From positions 5,146,001-5,210,000 of the forward strand of contig JBLDXI010000009.1 in NCBI GenBank assembly GCA_047495785.1: a DNA stretch of 64,000 nucleotides, read 5' to 3'. Positions 12,280 to 23,740 of the stretch are shown here, in pieces. The position numbers were made by a program, and so were the translations under genes. The DNA is from Lepidodermella squamata (Eukaryota; Animalia; Gastrotricha). How positions within the stretch are numbered: the stretch's first letter is position 1; every line of letters begins with the position of its first letter. The notes below the pieces were generated by a model. It had not been told where the DNA came from. It did not search any database and worked only from the letters and a program-made list of their open reading frames with translations.

Positions 12280-14400
12280 ATGGACGACTTTGCCAATTTG
12301 AGGATAGTGAAGGCAAAGTACAACTTTAAAGGCAAAAACAACGATGAGCTGTGCTTTAAAAAAGGCGATTACATTGTTTTAACGCAACCTATCGACTCAG
12401 ACTGGTGGGAAGGAACTCTAGATGGCAATACTGGCTGGTTTCCTGTCAGTTATGTTCAAGAGATGCGCTATGACCAGTTACCGGAGGAGTTGAAGCAGAA
12501 GTTTTTCGGCGGCAAAGTTAAACCATCAGGTGGTCAGAATCACGCTGCTCAAGCGAGAAGTTACCACACTGAAGTTCTTGCGAGTGTTATTGAAACCGAA
12601 TCGCTATTTGTTGCTGATTTGGAGCAAGCTTGGAACTCTCTCATTCTTCCGATTAATGGTGCTAATATTTTAACCAAAGAAGAATTTGCCTTGGTTACTT
12701 CTAATTACGAGGAAATCTTGTCACTTCATCGCCAATTCTTGTCTTCTCTTAAAGAGTGTGCTAAGCACGCATTAAATGTCCGTCGCGTCGGCCGGGTCTT
12801 CCTGGAACATGCCCCGGCATTCCGAATTGTTTACGAACGGTATGCCTCAAATCATCCGCGTGCTGTTCGAATTTTACATGCCCAAAAGGTGAAAAGTAAT
12901 GCGGCATCATCTAGCCTTGGCCGTTTTATTTCAGAACGGACTGGAGGGGCTAATTTGGGAAATAGCTCGGCGCAAACGCCACAAGATGTGCAAGCTTTGT
13001 TACCTCTAACTACTGCATTAGCTCTTCCACTGTGCCGATTGGAGAAAATACCGTTAACACTACGAGAACTTGAGCGGCATTTGGATGAGGGCCACTTTGA
13101 TAGGGGCGATACTCAACGTGCTCTAGCTCTATTCAAGCAAATGATTGCCGACTGCCAGGAGTTGCGCTTGTTACGCGAACTCGAATTGGATTTAGCCAAC
13201 GCCCATGTTGCTAATTTGCCACCTAGTCTTGAAGCTCCTGGCCCGGAAAATGCTCATCGACTAGCGAATGGCGTCGTTTTTTTGAGCCCGGTTAAACTCG
13301 CGACCGGGACAGACGTTGTTGATCGATTATTTGTTCTTTACCCCACTCGATTGATAATTCTCAGCGCTGAACCTGATCTGACTAAACTGGCTTTTGAAGC
13401 CGAATTTCCGCTGACAAATCTCTACGTCGATCGAACGCTGCCTAGTCCGGATATTTCGAAACGGTTTCTACACTCATTTTCGCTGTATTTCCGTCCAGTT
13501 GTACCACTGGCATCACCTGAAGAATCGAGTGCCTCGTTACGAAATTCTCAAAATGATTGTTTTGTCGTGGTTTGTTCATCGAGCTCGCTTTGCGCCCGTT
13601 GGATTGATCTACTCAGCTCAGTTTGCTCCTCTGAGTCATCAGCTAAGTCTTCCGGGCAAGTCTCTGCCGAGGAGAAGCCAGTTATTAACAAGCCAATAGT
13701 TAACGAAAATCGTCGATCTGCTTCGTTGAATCAATTCTCGCCGGCTAATCGTCCGAATTTTTCACTGAGTCCGCTGTCTTGCGTCGTTTCAAACTCTCCC
13801 GCGAGCCAACAGTCGGCTCTCCCGTCGAATTTAGCCCCGGCCAGTCCACACCCCACGCGGAAACCGACGGCTAATTCATCGACTGCATCGACACCATTAG
13901 CCAGGAAAAAATTCGCCTTAGCCGGTGGCACTTCATTCGTCGCGCCTCAGCTGATGATGGCAGCGGTAGGTGATGCGGGCGAAGACCAGCAGTTGATGCA
14001 AATTGTCGAAGCGTTCGTCTCAACCCCACAAATGGTGCCGATTGAACGGGCTCAATCTAGTCAGTTGAGCCCATCGAATTCCGAAAATAAGCTAAATGGT
14101 ATTCATCACATCGCTATTGAGCCTTTGTTACATAATCAATTAAGCTCCGGCCATTTGCGGCCAATTTCCGGGGCTAATGTCTCGCGGAGTTCCGCCTCAT
14201 TTGTTCGTCACGATTTATTAATTGCCGAGGAGGAAAAATTGTTACTGGAAGAGCTGAAGCCGCTGAATGACAGTAATGCCCAGTCTACAAGTGGCGGCGG
14301 TTTGCAGGAACGTACGCTGGTCGATGCAGTGTACGCGTTATGGGACTACGTTGCTGAATTACGCGCTGAGGTCGCCCGACTGAGACAGGCTCAGGCGTGA
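12280..14400 (+). CDS. ARHGEF7: PIX/Cool family Rho guanine nucleotide exchange factor (SH3-DH-PH, GIT-binding motif, C-terminal coiled coil), single coding exon
   Basis: SH3 domain (VKAKYNFKGKNNDELCFKKGD...DWWEGTLDGNTGWFPVSYV) is followed by DH and PH regions, a GIT-binding-like motif EDQQLMQIVEAF and a PIX-type tail (EEEKLLLEE...ERTLVDAVYALWDYVAELR). ATG 12280 lies 10 nt after an acceptor-like tttgttag. Confidence 0.92.
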   Translation: MDDFANLRIVKAKYNFKGKNNDELCFKKGDYIVLTQPIDSDWWEGTLDGNTGWFPVSYVQEMRYDQLPEELKQKFFGGKVKPSGGQNHAAQARSYHTEVLASVIETESLFVADLEQAWNSLILPINGANILTKEEFALVTSNYEEILSLHRQFLSSLKECAKHALNVRRVGRVFLEHAPAFRIVYERYASNHPRAVRILHAQKVKSNAASSSLGRFISERTGGANLGNSSAQTPQDVQALLPLTTALALPLCRLEKIPLTLRELERHLDEGHFDRGDTQRALALFKQMIADCQELRLLRELELDLANAHVANLPPSLEAPGPENAHRLANGVVFLSPVKLATGTDVVDRLFVLYPTRLIILSAEPDLTKLAFEAEFPLTNLYVDRTLPSPDISKRFLHSFSLYFRPVVPLASPEESSASLRNSQNDCFVVVCSSSSLCARWIDLLSSVCSSESSAKSSGQVSAEEKPVINKPIVNENRRSASLNQFSPANRPNFSLSPLSCVVSNSPASQQSALPSNLAPASPHPTRKPTANSSTASTPLARKKFALAGGTSFVAPQLMMAAVGDAGEDQQLMQIVEAFVSTPQMVPIERAQSSQLSPSNSENKLNGIHHIAIEPLLHNQLSSGHLRPISGANVSRSSASFVRHDLLIAEEEKLLLEELKPLNDSNAQSTSGGGLQERTLVDAVYALWDYVAELRAEVARLRQAQA

Positions 14401-15265
14401 AAAATACGAATTTTCGTGTATATTATCAATAACAATTGTGCTTGCTACCACGCCCCGTGTTTTCTTTTTTTATTGGAGAAAAATCAATCAAAAAAATTGC
14501 CCTGAGTTACTGCTTCATGCTCATGCTTTTTTAATTTGAAAAATTAAAGTTATTCGCGAATTCCTGCTAATTTAATTATTTTATTTTTTTTAGAATTTTT
14601 ATTAAAATTATTGAGAACAACTGGAGCGATCTATTCAACGTCCTGTGTTATTGAGTTGAAATTGTATAATATCCGCTCCTGCTTTTAGTGGCTTCTGTTT
14701 GAAGTGGGGGTCACCGCGCTGAGTGATTGAGCAATCAATATAGTGAGAGAGCAAACATCGCACTGCAGCTGTCGCGTGCATGTGTAAGTAAATCACGCCC
14801 TGACCGCCGCCTCAATAGCAGAATGAGAATTTGGCCTTTAAAATTTTACGAGCAATTATAGGGAATGAAAGGCGGGAGATAAACATCCTTAACTGCGACA
14901 ATTCGCGCCATATTCATTGCGCTCGATCACAAGTTCACTCACATAATTACATTTCATCAAAATTATTAAGAAAATTAAAGAAAAACTTCAAAATGAATGA
15001 AATTTTGAACTACATGGAGACATAACTTCGTAATTTTAAGGATTTTAAAGGTATAGGGAAGAGACATAATTTTGCTCAAATTTTTTATCCGCGGAGTTTT
15101 ATTTACAAACTATTTTCTAATGGAAAAAATATTTTAAGATGCAATTTTTATCCTTAATTGAATTTTGGAGTGAATATGTTTGGAATATTCTCGTCCTTTT
15201 TTATATTTTGCTATTAATTGAATAGGACGGCGGTCCGCTGGCTTAGTTATTAGTAGAGTGGATTT

Positions 15266-18200
15266 ATGTTAACGGAAAACGTCACAAATGCTGAATCTGA
15301 CAATCAAACTAATAACAGCAACGCCCAGCCTTCGCCCCTGAAAGAAAACGGCGATGGTACGAGGTCGACGCGAGCTGACTCTCGCAGCTCGAAAAAGTCG
15401 TCGAATTCGTCGAAAAAATCCGGTAAAAGCGCGCAAAACGGCCAATCACCAACGAGCGAAAATGGCTCGTTGAAATCGGGCGAGAATAGCCAATTGAACT
15501 CGCCATCCAGCCCGCCTGATGCCGGCATGGAAAATCGAACGAGGCGGCGCTTGGCTGCTCGTTGCATAACCGCCTCAATGTCGACTGGCCGTTTTTTGAG
15601 TAAACTTGGCGTTTTGAAAGCTGAACACGTGACAGTTCGAAAATTGAGCCGGCTCGGCGTTGGGCCCGGCAAGTCGGAGGACATCGATGGAATTCGGTAT
15701 TTGAAGACAACGCTAGGCGGTGTGAAAGTGCGGATTTATTTGCCGGAGACGGCGGAACCGCTGAAAAACGGCTCGGTTTGCATTTACCTGCACGGCGGCG
15801 GGTGGGTCATTTCGTCGGCTCGCTGCTACCACCGGTTTACGGCGCTGTTCGCGCGCGATACGCAGACGGTTGTGATTAGCGTAGATTACAGGTTTGTCTA
15901 AATAATATTTCCTAATATTAATTTTTTTTCAAAATTCCCTGAATTTTTGCTCATCTGTCAATTTTTTCAGAAAAATGAGATTTTCGCAGTTGTCATGTTA
16001 GATAGTGGATCATATCTTAAGATTTTTAATGAAAATTAATAAGGACTCGGAATATTTCAAGGAAATGATAAATTTGCCAATTTCCACCACTACCTTGGCA
16101 TAGTTATTTGTCTCGATATCTACTCCTATCTTGGCTAGTTAATAAATTCTGTGGTTTTTATTGAGCAAATGACCAATGATATGGCCCGTCATTTTTTGCC
16201 TGCAATTTGATATCATAAATGACCGGCTGAACAAACTGAGCGTGTAGCGTGGTTTTCCATGGCCACGAGCCAGAGCTAACTGATCTTATCAAAAGTCACG
16301 TTAAAACGTATCGTCTCAGTAAGTTCTTGATGGCGCAATAAACTGCTTTTAGACAGGTCAAGAATTGAAATTGACGTTATTTAAATATTAATATGAGAGA
16401 ATGTTGATCAAAATGAGTCTTTCTGAATCAAATCAATTAGAAAATTCTTGGGTTGACATTTTAAAACAATCTTTTCAGAATTTCCATAACTGAAAAATTA
16501 TTACAAATTATGATATTATTCAGCTTGGTTTAATTGTATTTTATGATTTAAAATATTAGACTCGCTCCAGAACATCCATTTCCAGCCGGTCTAGACGACT
16601 GTTTAGCGGTAACTCGGGCAGTTCTCGACGGTGACTTCGACCCGGCTCTATTCTTCCCTCACTCGCTCGATCTAAATCGGGTAATTCTAGCCGGCGACTC
16701 GGCTGGCGGCAATCTGTCATGCGCGACCGCCCTCGACCTTATCCGCGATCGCGACTACCGGCTATTCGCCCTCATGCTGGTCTGCCCGGCCCTGCAGGCG
16801 GTCACGCTCAGTTTTCCTAGCTACAAAGAGCACGGCCCTTATCAACCGAGTGCGTTCAATTTTATTTGTTTTTTTTTCTTTTAATGAATGTGAGAGTTCA
16901 CTCATTCATTCAAATTTATCATCATCATAATCAACTCGGCACTTGAAAAACAAACATACATAAGAGTGTATTAGTTGCGTGACGGTCAAATTTTGACAAT
17001 TGAAGTTTTTTGGTTCGCATTCACGTGTTGGATGCTATCCATTCATCGCATCATCGCGCTTGGTCGGTGTTTTTCGAGGTAAATATTAATGATTCAATGC
17101 AAAACAACTGATGGTTATTTGTATACACCTGATTAAATAACATCTAAGCCGGTTAACTAGATACGGATTAATAGAAAAATTCGAACTATTACTCATACGA
17201 CACTGATGATTGATGATGCTAAAATTGAGTGATAAACTTGCTGTTGAAATTCGAATATCAAAGTGACTTTGAAAAGTTCTTGATGGGGGAGGACAGTGAC
17301 AGAATGTGCCGAAAGCACCGCCAACAGATCTTAACCAAAAGCGCTAGAGACATCAAGTAAAACGGGTGCAACCGGGGTAGACTCGGCAGTCAAGTTTGAG
17401 GGAGAAGCGTGAGATGGCGAATGGCGGGAGAAACGAAAAAACTCATCGATAAGCGATTGTCCGAGGTTGCCGGACTGCTTCGATTGTTCTATCCAATTGA
17501 AATCTGTCGTTTTCGATTCATCGATAACATTTTTGACACCTTTGATTTGATTGTCGTTCTACAGTCGCTCGATTTTCAGGTTGTTGAAATGAAAGGATTG
17601 TTGTTTTTTGATGGATGGTTGATTCCACAAAATATGGCGGCCTTTTTGTGCTAACTAACCTTTTGTGCCTTATCACCGATTCAGTCTTGGCTTGGCGAGC
17701 AGAGTTTTTCGGATAAACTTGGTTCACTGTGTACTTCGTCTCAGGCGAATCTACATGTAAAATGTCTAGGGCATCGATCTTCCATCATTCAGAAATCCGA
17801 AAAAAGAATATTTCAGATTTCAGATATTATTGCAAGATGAGAAATAAGCTTCCGTAACTTCGTGATTTAAAATTAATTGTAAAAGATTTTCTTATGGGCT
17901 CGAAGATTCAGTTAGCAAGGCAAAATTGATCAAAAGGCTTGACTTTTTGCCCCATGCTAGAATCACATGAAAACGACGCAGTAAAATTCTAGTGAGGCTT
18001 TTATCAATCAGTGAGCTGATTGCATCTCTCGCCTGTTTATCCTTATCAAGCATAACCGTTCTAATTTTTGTTTTCACGGACGGATTCCACTCATAGAAAA
18101 CACAACATGTTTGCTCGAAAACCTCGTGATTTTCATTCATTACTAAGCATGAAACACGGCTTGACCAGTGCCGGGATTGTTAGTGACACAAAATGTGACT

Positions 18201-19802
18201 AATTTCATCTTTCGGTCGTTGACTTTGTAAGTCCCTTCGGAAACAGCATTCCTTATCCCACCGCTTCATTCTACGAACTTGAATTGTTTCTCAACGATTT
18301 GCTACCTGATTCAGGGGTTTCAGTTACTCTTACTAGTGGAATATACTGATCGCTGATGGCGCAAACTACGCGTGCTAGTGGGATCTTATCTATTAGCCAT
18401 GGTTATTTAGAAATGGTATTCAAATGATCACGTGAAACTTGATGAAACATGTTTTGGGAAAACCTAGCGAGGAAACTCTACATTTTGGGCGTTCACTGTC
18501 CCTATCCATTCCAAACAACTGGCGTTTAAATTACCAAAATCTCACGAATATTTAGAATATAAATTAATGATTTGCTGTTTTCCCAAAATTTAGTCGGTCT
18601 CGATTGGTTCGTCCCTCGATATGCCGGTGTAAAACATGTGAATAAGAAGCTGATGGAGGCGTTTTGGCGCGGCACCCACCTGCCACCCGAGGACCGATCG
18701 ACACTATCGAGAACCGTCACAGTAGGCTCATTCAGCACAGCGACTTCCCCAACTTCGATCATAGCCCCATCACTGTCATCCGGTTCGTACGGCAATTTCC
18801 ACAACGGCGGCAGTTCCGCCGATCCGAATATTAGCAACACTAACAATGAAGATAATTACGACCCGGATTTCGACGGCGAATTCGAGGACGCACACGGCAA
18901 GCCTTTCTATTTCGAGGACGATATCGAACCCGCGCTAGGATCGCCCGAGAGTGAGCTGGTCAATGTCACGTCGATAGACCGGTCGGCGAACAGCACGACG
19001 GGGTCGGGCGGCGATGCCGGCTCGAGTTGCGCCGTCTCGCCGACGATGGGCGACGGCGCAGACGAAGAACTGTCGCCGTTTGTCATCAAGGCTGTGACGG
19101 ACTTGGCGCGCAACAAGCGCGCGTGGCCTCTGTTGGCCGACGACGAAGAGCTCAAGCACCTGCCGCACACTTTCATTCAAGTCTGCGGTATGTTGATTTC
19201 TCAAAATAATAATTTGAATATTGAATAATTTTTAAAAAATTTCAAAAATTTCTTGGAAATTCGGAAAATTATGAATTAAATTTTTGCGATTTTCCGAGAA
19301 TCAATCAGCAATTTATTTTAGCATATTTAGCTTTTTTAGCATTTTTAGCATATTTTTAGCTTATTAATTTCGAACGCATTTTGTCATAATTTTGAATTCT
19401 GATAGCTAAATCCAAAAAAGCTTGAATTTTATTGAAATTTAATCAGAATGTATCGAATATTAGGTCCTAAGCGATTTGATGTACATACTATATCGAATTT
19501 ACGTCACTGATGTGTTTATTATTTTTCATTCTTATTTTTGCGCAGAATGCGATCCCCTGAGATCTGAGAACGAGATATTCGGCGAGCGGATGGTGCGCGC
19601 CGGTGCCGCTAGCGTTCAAGTTTCACTGCTCGAAAAAGCCGGCCACATTGAGTCGCTGCTAGCGGAGCGATTTGCTACCAAGGTAGCCGTCCAGGGCTAC
19701 CGCGAACTCGTCGATTTTATCACGGCGTGCCACGCAAAACCGCGCTCGCTCGACGACTACAAAGAACCAGAGCTGTTCAGCCAAGTTACGGAATATTTTT
19801 AG
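15266..19802 (+). CDS. AADAC/NCEH1-like HSL-family alpha/beta hydrolase, copy 1 (intact triad)
   Basis: Exons 15266-15891, 16560-16849, 18594-19187 and 19546-19802. Motifs: [47 protein letters not shown] (Asp) and KAGHIE (His). An acidic/Ser-rich insertion of about 110 aa precedes AWPLLA. Confidence 0.9.
17520..18250 (-). mobile_element. Degraded Mutator-like (MULE) transposase fragment in intron 2 of hydrolase copy 1
   Basis: Minus-strand translation gives [31 protein letters not shown], a frameshift, then MNENHEVF...[36 protein letters not shown]. This fits the MULE pattern D-x-T-Y-K...D-x-D...A-I...C-x-x-H, with the first D->E and C->R. A SWIM-like FTCRF occurs near 17755. Stops and frameshifts are present. 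Confidence 0.75.
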
Positions 19803-21102
19803 CGCGCTGCGAAAGAAATTATACTAGAATTTTTTATTTCGAATGATTATACTTGTGGATATATATTTTCTCTTCACTTCCTATTTGACAAAATGATACA
19901 TTGAGGGCTTCGAAATTTTTGAAATTATTATTGTTGTTGATGCTTAATTTAGACCCTTGACCTGTTCCAAAATTTATCAAATATATATTTCTTCCTTATA
20001 TAAATATATTTACCACTAATTTTTTATTACGAGTTTGTTATAAATGATGTATAAAAAGCTCGAATTTTCCCGGTTTTTCTTGGGTGATTTATAATGCGGA
20101 AATACCCCAATCTTTCTCGTAATTAAATTTTTCTACGCCTTGATTGAAATGCAATTGAACGTCATAGAGCAGCTTTAAATTTTTTGAGCTTCATTTTTCT
20201 CGGCTATAGGATTTCGCCTAATTTTTTCTCTTGTTATTATGACACCTCACGTTTTAAGGCAGTTTCTGGCTGTTATCTCTCATTCACTTTCCAATGACAG
20301 TTGTTGAAAAAGTAATTTTGATGCTTTATTTTTCACAGACCCAGACATTCGTCTTCTTTTAAATGAAATACCTCTTCGTTTTTGATAAGGAGTACTTATA
20401 ATAGCGTAATAACTAGAGTTGATATACCTAGATTTCGGCCATTTTTTCTTGATCTGCTGTTGAACTGCTGAAACTACTCGAAAAATGAGTTGTAACTATT
20501 ATTCGCGAATTTAGCCTTGATCACAATTTGACTTGATTTTACGTGATAATTGGATCAGACAATTCTGTTGATTTTCTTACACCTAGCTGAATTTTATGTG
20601 CCCGTAAAATCTACTATACTTCGTACGACCAAGTGCACTTTAATTTTGAGGAAGGAGAGCTCAATTCACGGTGTTTTCTTCTTTCTGAAGAAAAAATCAG
20701 CGAGTGTGTTATTTACGTTTTTCTTATGAAGTTTAGAGTTCAAATCTATTAAACTTGTCAATTTCTACTGGCATTATATTTATTTACTGTATCACCTTTG
20801 TTGAAGCTAGTTGAGAGAGAGTAATTATTGATTTTTAAATTTACTGCTGACTGATAAAAATGAGAAATTATTCATTGCTTGATTATCTTGAAATTTATTA
20901 TTATTACGGCGAATTATTGATAAAATAACGTTATTTACTAGAGAAAAATAATTTCTATTGAGCTCGCGCAAGCTGATGACAAAAATATGAATGCTAGCAC
21001 GGCCACTAAAGATAAAGAAAGATTCTTTCATGATAGCTAATTTTCTTGTTTTTTCCTTAATTTTAGGGATTTAAATAGCTTGAAAGTATTTAGTCCCGAA
21101 AA

Positions 21103-23398
21103 ATGGCGGCGATTAATTACGGTGCAGACTTGGATGAGGTTAGTTGAATAAAATATCTTTTTTAAATTTTTGCTGAAATTTATGATATTTTCATAGGTTC
21201 AGATTCGCATGGATGAAGTTGCACCGCCCTCGCCCCATGTGCCACAAATCGTCATTCGACAGGCCACAATCGATCAAGAAGACGCACGATCTCAAGAGCG
21301 AGCCGTTGATATCGGCCAGCCAATTGCAATACCGCAAGTTCGAACCACCCAGCCGGTTGATTTCCCGCCCGAACAACCCACAGCCGTAAATCCACCAAAA
21401 CAACGGCCTAGCTCAGCTGTGGGTGAGAGAAAGCCAGAAACGGATAGATCAGATACTCCGCCGACTATTTCAACCACGAGACCGGACCCAGACGTGGTTT
21501 TAGTCACCCCACGGCCGCAATTGGACCACCCAATGCGGCGGAAAGTGTTCACAGGGTTCATCAAAGCTGCGCACAAAATCGGCTCAGCGTTCGGTCCTGG
21601 CGCCGCTGTTTCAATGGTGAGAAAAGCGAATCGATTATCATCAGGCGGTCTGTGGGCTACACGAGTTTCGGGAGTGCGGTGTCACCAGACGCGTTTCGCG
21701 CAGTTCAAATTGCGGCTATATTACCCGAAATCGGACGATGCGGCTCAACCTCATCTGAAACACCCTGTCGTTGTGTATGTCCACGGCAATTTGCCGTATT
21801 CGAACGCGAGGACTTACCACTCGTTTACTGGCCAGTTGTGTCATGATTTGCTAGAAACTGGCTGTGTTGTGATCGCCCTAGACCTTCCGCCATGTCCTGA
21901 GGTGTGTTGAACTATTTTCACTTCCATCTTTCCATAAAATCCTTTTACACTTACACGGGAAAATGTTGAGAAATTCCTATTAAATTGAGATAATTGAGTG
22001 CTAGATAGGAAATTCTAATCAACTTTGGGCCGAATATTTTAAGCTAAATCAGCGTAAAGTCCTTAGTTTCTCGTTGAAAATATTTTTTCCATTTCGTTCA
22101 GATTTTGATTTAAAATTCATTTGAATTGACATTATTTTTCACGGATTTATGAAAATATTTCGAAATTTTGGATTAGTTGATGAGTTTTCAAATTTCTTTC
22201 GAAATCAGCAAGCTAGAATGTTCAATTTTTCTAAAATCCGTTCTATCTTTTTTAGAACACTCTCACGCAAATATTGGCTGACGTTCGCCAATTTACCGAA
22301 GCATTACTCCGCGGTGAATTCGATGAAGATCTCCTAACATTCGGCTTCAATATCTGCCACGAAAAGGTCGTTCTAGCCGGCGATGGCGCTGGGGCTGTCG
22401 CCTGTTTCGCGACCGCGATCGAGCTGGCTCTAGTCCACGATGGTGAACGAGTTGAACTGCACGGCCTGCTCCTCATCGGCCCGCCCCTCCAAGCCCTCAC
22501 GCTTCAAATGTTCGAAAGCCACCTGAAATTCGCGCAGCTGAACTCGTCGGCTCTATCGCATAAACTGAACAAATGCCTGCCGTTGTATGGCGGGCTGAAG
22601 CTGAAATCGCAAGTCGAACTCGTGCGACAGGCGGTGAAAGCTGAGCGGCACATAGCTAGCGATGTCAGGGCGCGGCTTCTGCGCCGTATTTTTCCAACTT
22701 ATGAAACACCGAACAGCGCCCCAGGGCCAGAATTGACCGGCTTTTTGAACGACATTAGCGATCTAGCGAGTGATCCGAAAATTTGGCCAATGTTGATGAA
22801 GAACAAGGAACTGCAATTGGTAATTAAAATTTCTTGAAAATTTTCCTCAATTTTTTGTCAAAATCAATGTTGAAAATTGATGTAAATCTTAGTAACTATG
22901 AAATTATGGCTTCAGCTCTAATTTTGTCTGATTTTTTGCATTTGCTTTCAAGAAAAATATTTTTCGAAATATTTTTGAATTTTTGAATTAAATTTGGATT
23001 TTCTTTGAATTTTACAACATAAATTCTGATTTATCCATAATCTGTTTCAGCTTCCAATGACGATGATGCAGGCCTATGAGAATGATACACTTTTCGACGA
23101 GCAGCGGCTGTTTGCGAAGCGCATGTCTCGCGTCTGCGGTTACCGGTTTCGCTTTTCGGCCGTCGAAAACGCGACTCACAACGAGGCCGTGTACTCGAAG
23201 CTGCTCAAGTCACGTTCCGGCTCGAGCGCCTACCGCGAACTGGTCGACTTCCTGAAAGAAACCATCGCGAAACCGCCGCAACAGAACCAAGCCTCGGGCG
23301 CTTTACGACCGGCGAAACGAGCGTCGATGGGCCTGCTTCACAACCAGCAACAAGTGTCAATAAGCGTTGGTTCTGTGCCTGAAAGTTACGAATGTTGA
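21103..23398 (+). CDS. AADAC-like hydrolase, copy 2; predicted catalytically inactive (nucleophile Ser->Gly, oxyanion motif lost)
   Basis: Exons 21103-21138, 21197-21901, 22256-22819 and 23051-23398, frame intact. HGNLPY replaces HGGGWV, DLPPCPE replaces DYRLAPE and GDGAGA (Gly codon 22385-22387) replaces GDSAGG. Asp (ENDTL) and His (ATHNE) are retained. Confidence 0.88.
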
Positions 23399-23740
23399 GA
23401 AAAAACCAACTTTAATGTCGCTTCAGAAGAACTTGAAACTGTGATTTGTTACCTCATTTTTCACTTTCTCAATGCAAAACGATTTTGTTAAATTTTCATT
23501 TTCTGGTGCTTTCACATGGCTGCAAAAATTGCAAATTGTTTAATTTTTGTCGAAAAAATCATCACTTTCTATTGTTGGAGAATATTTTCTCACGGCTTCT
23601 CTAATGTGATCTAGAGGTATTTTTGATCAAAAGAAAATTCACATATATTTTTATTGAATATATTTTTATTAACAAGAGACCTTATTAATTTATGGATTTT
23701 AATTTTTTAGGTTTTTATTATTTTGAAAAATGCATTGAAA

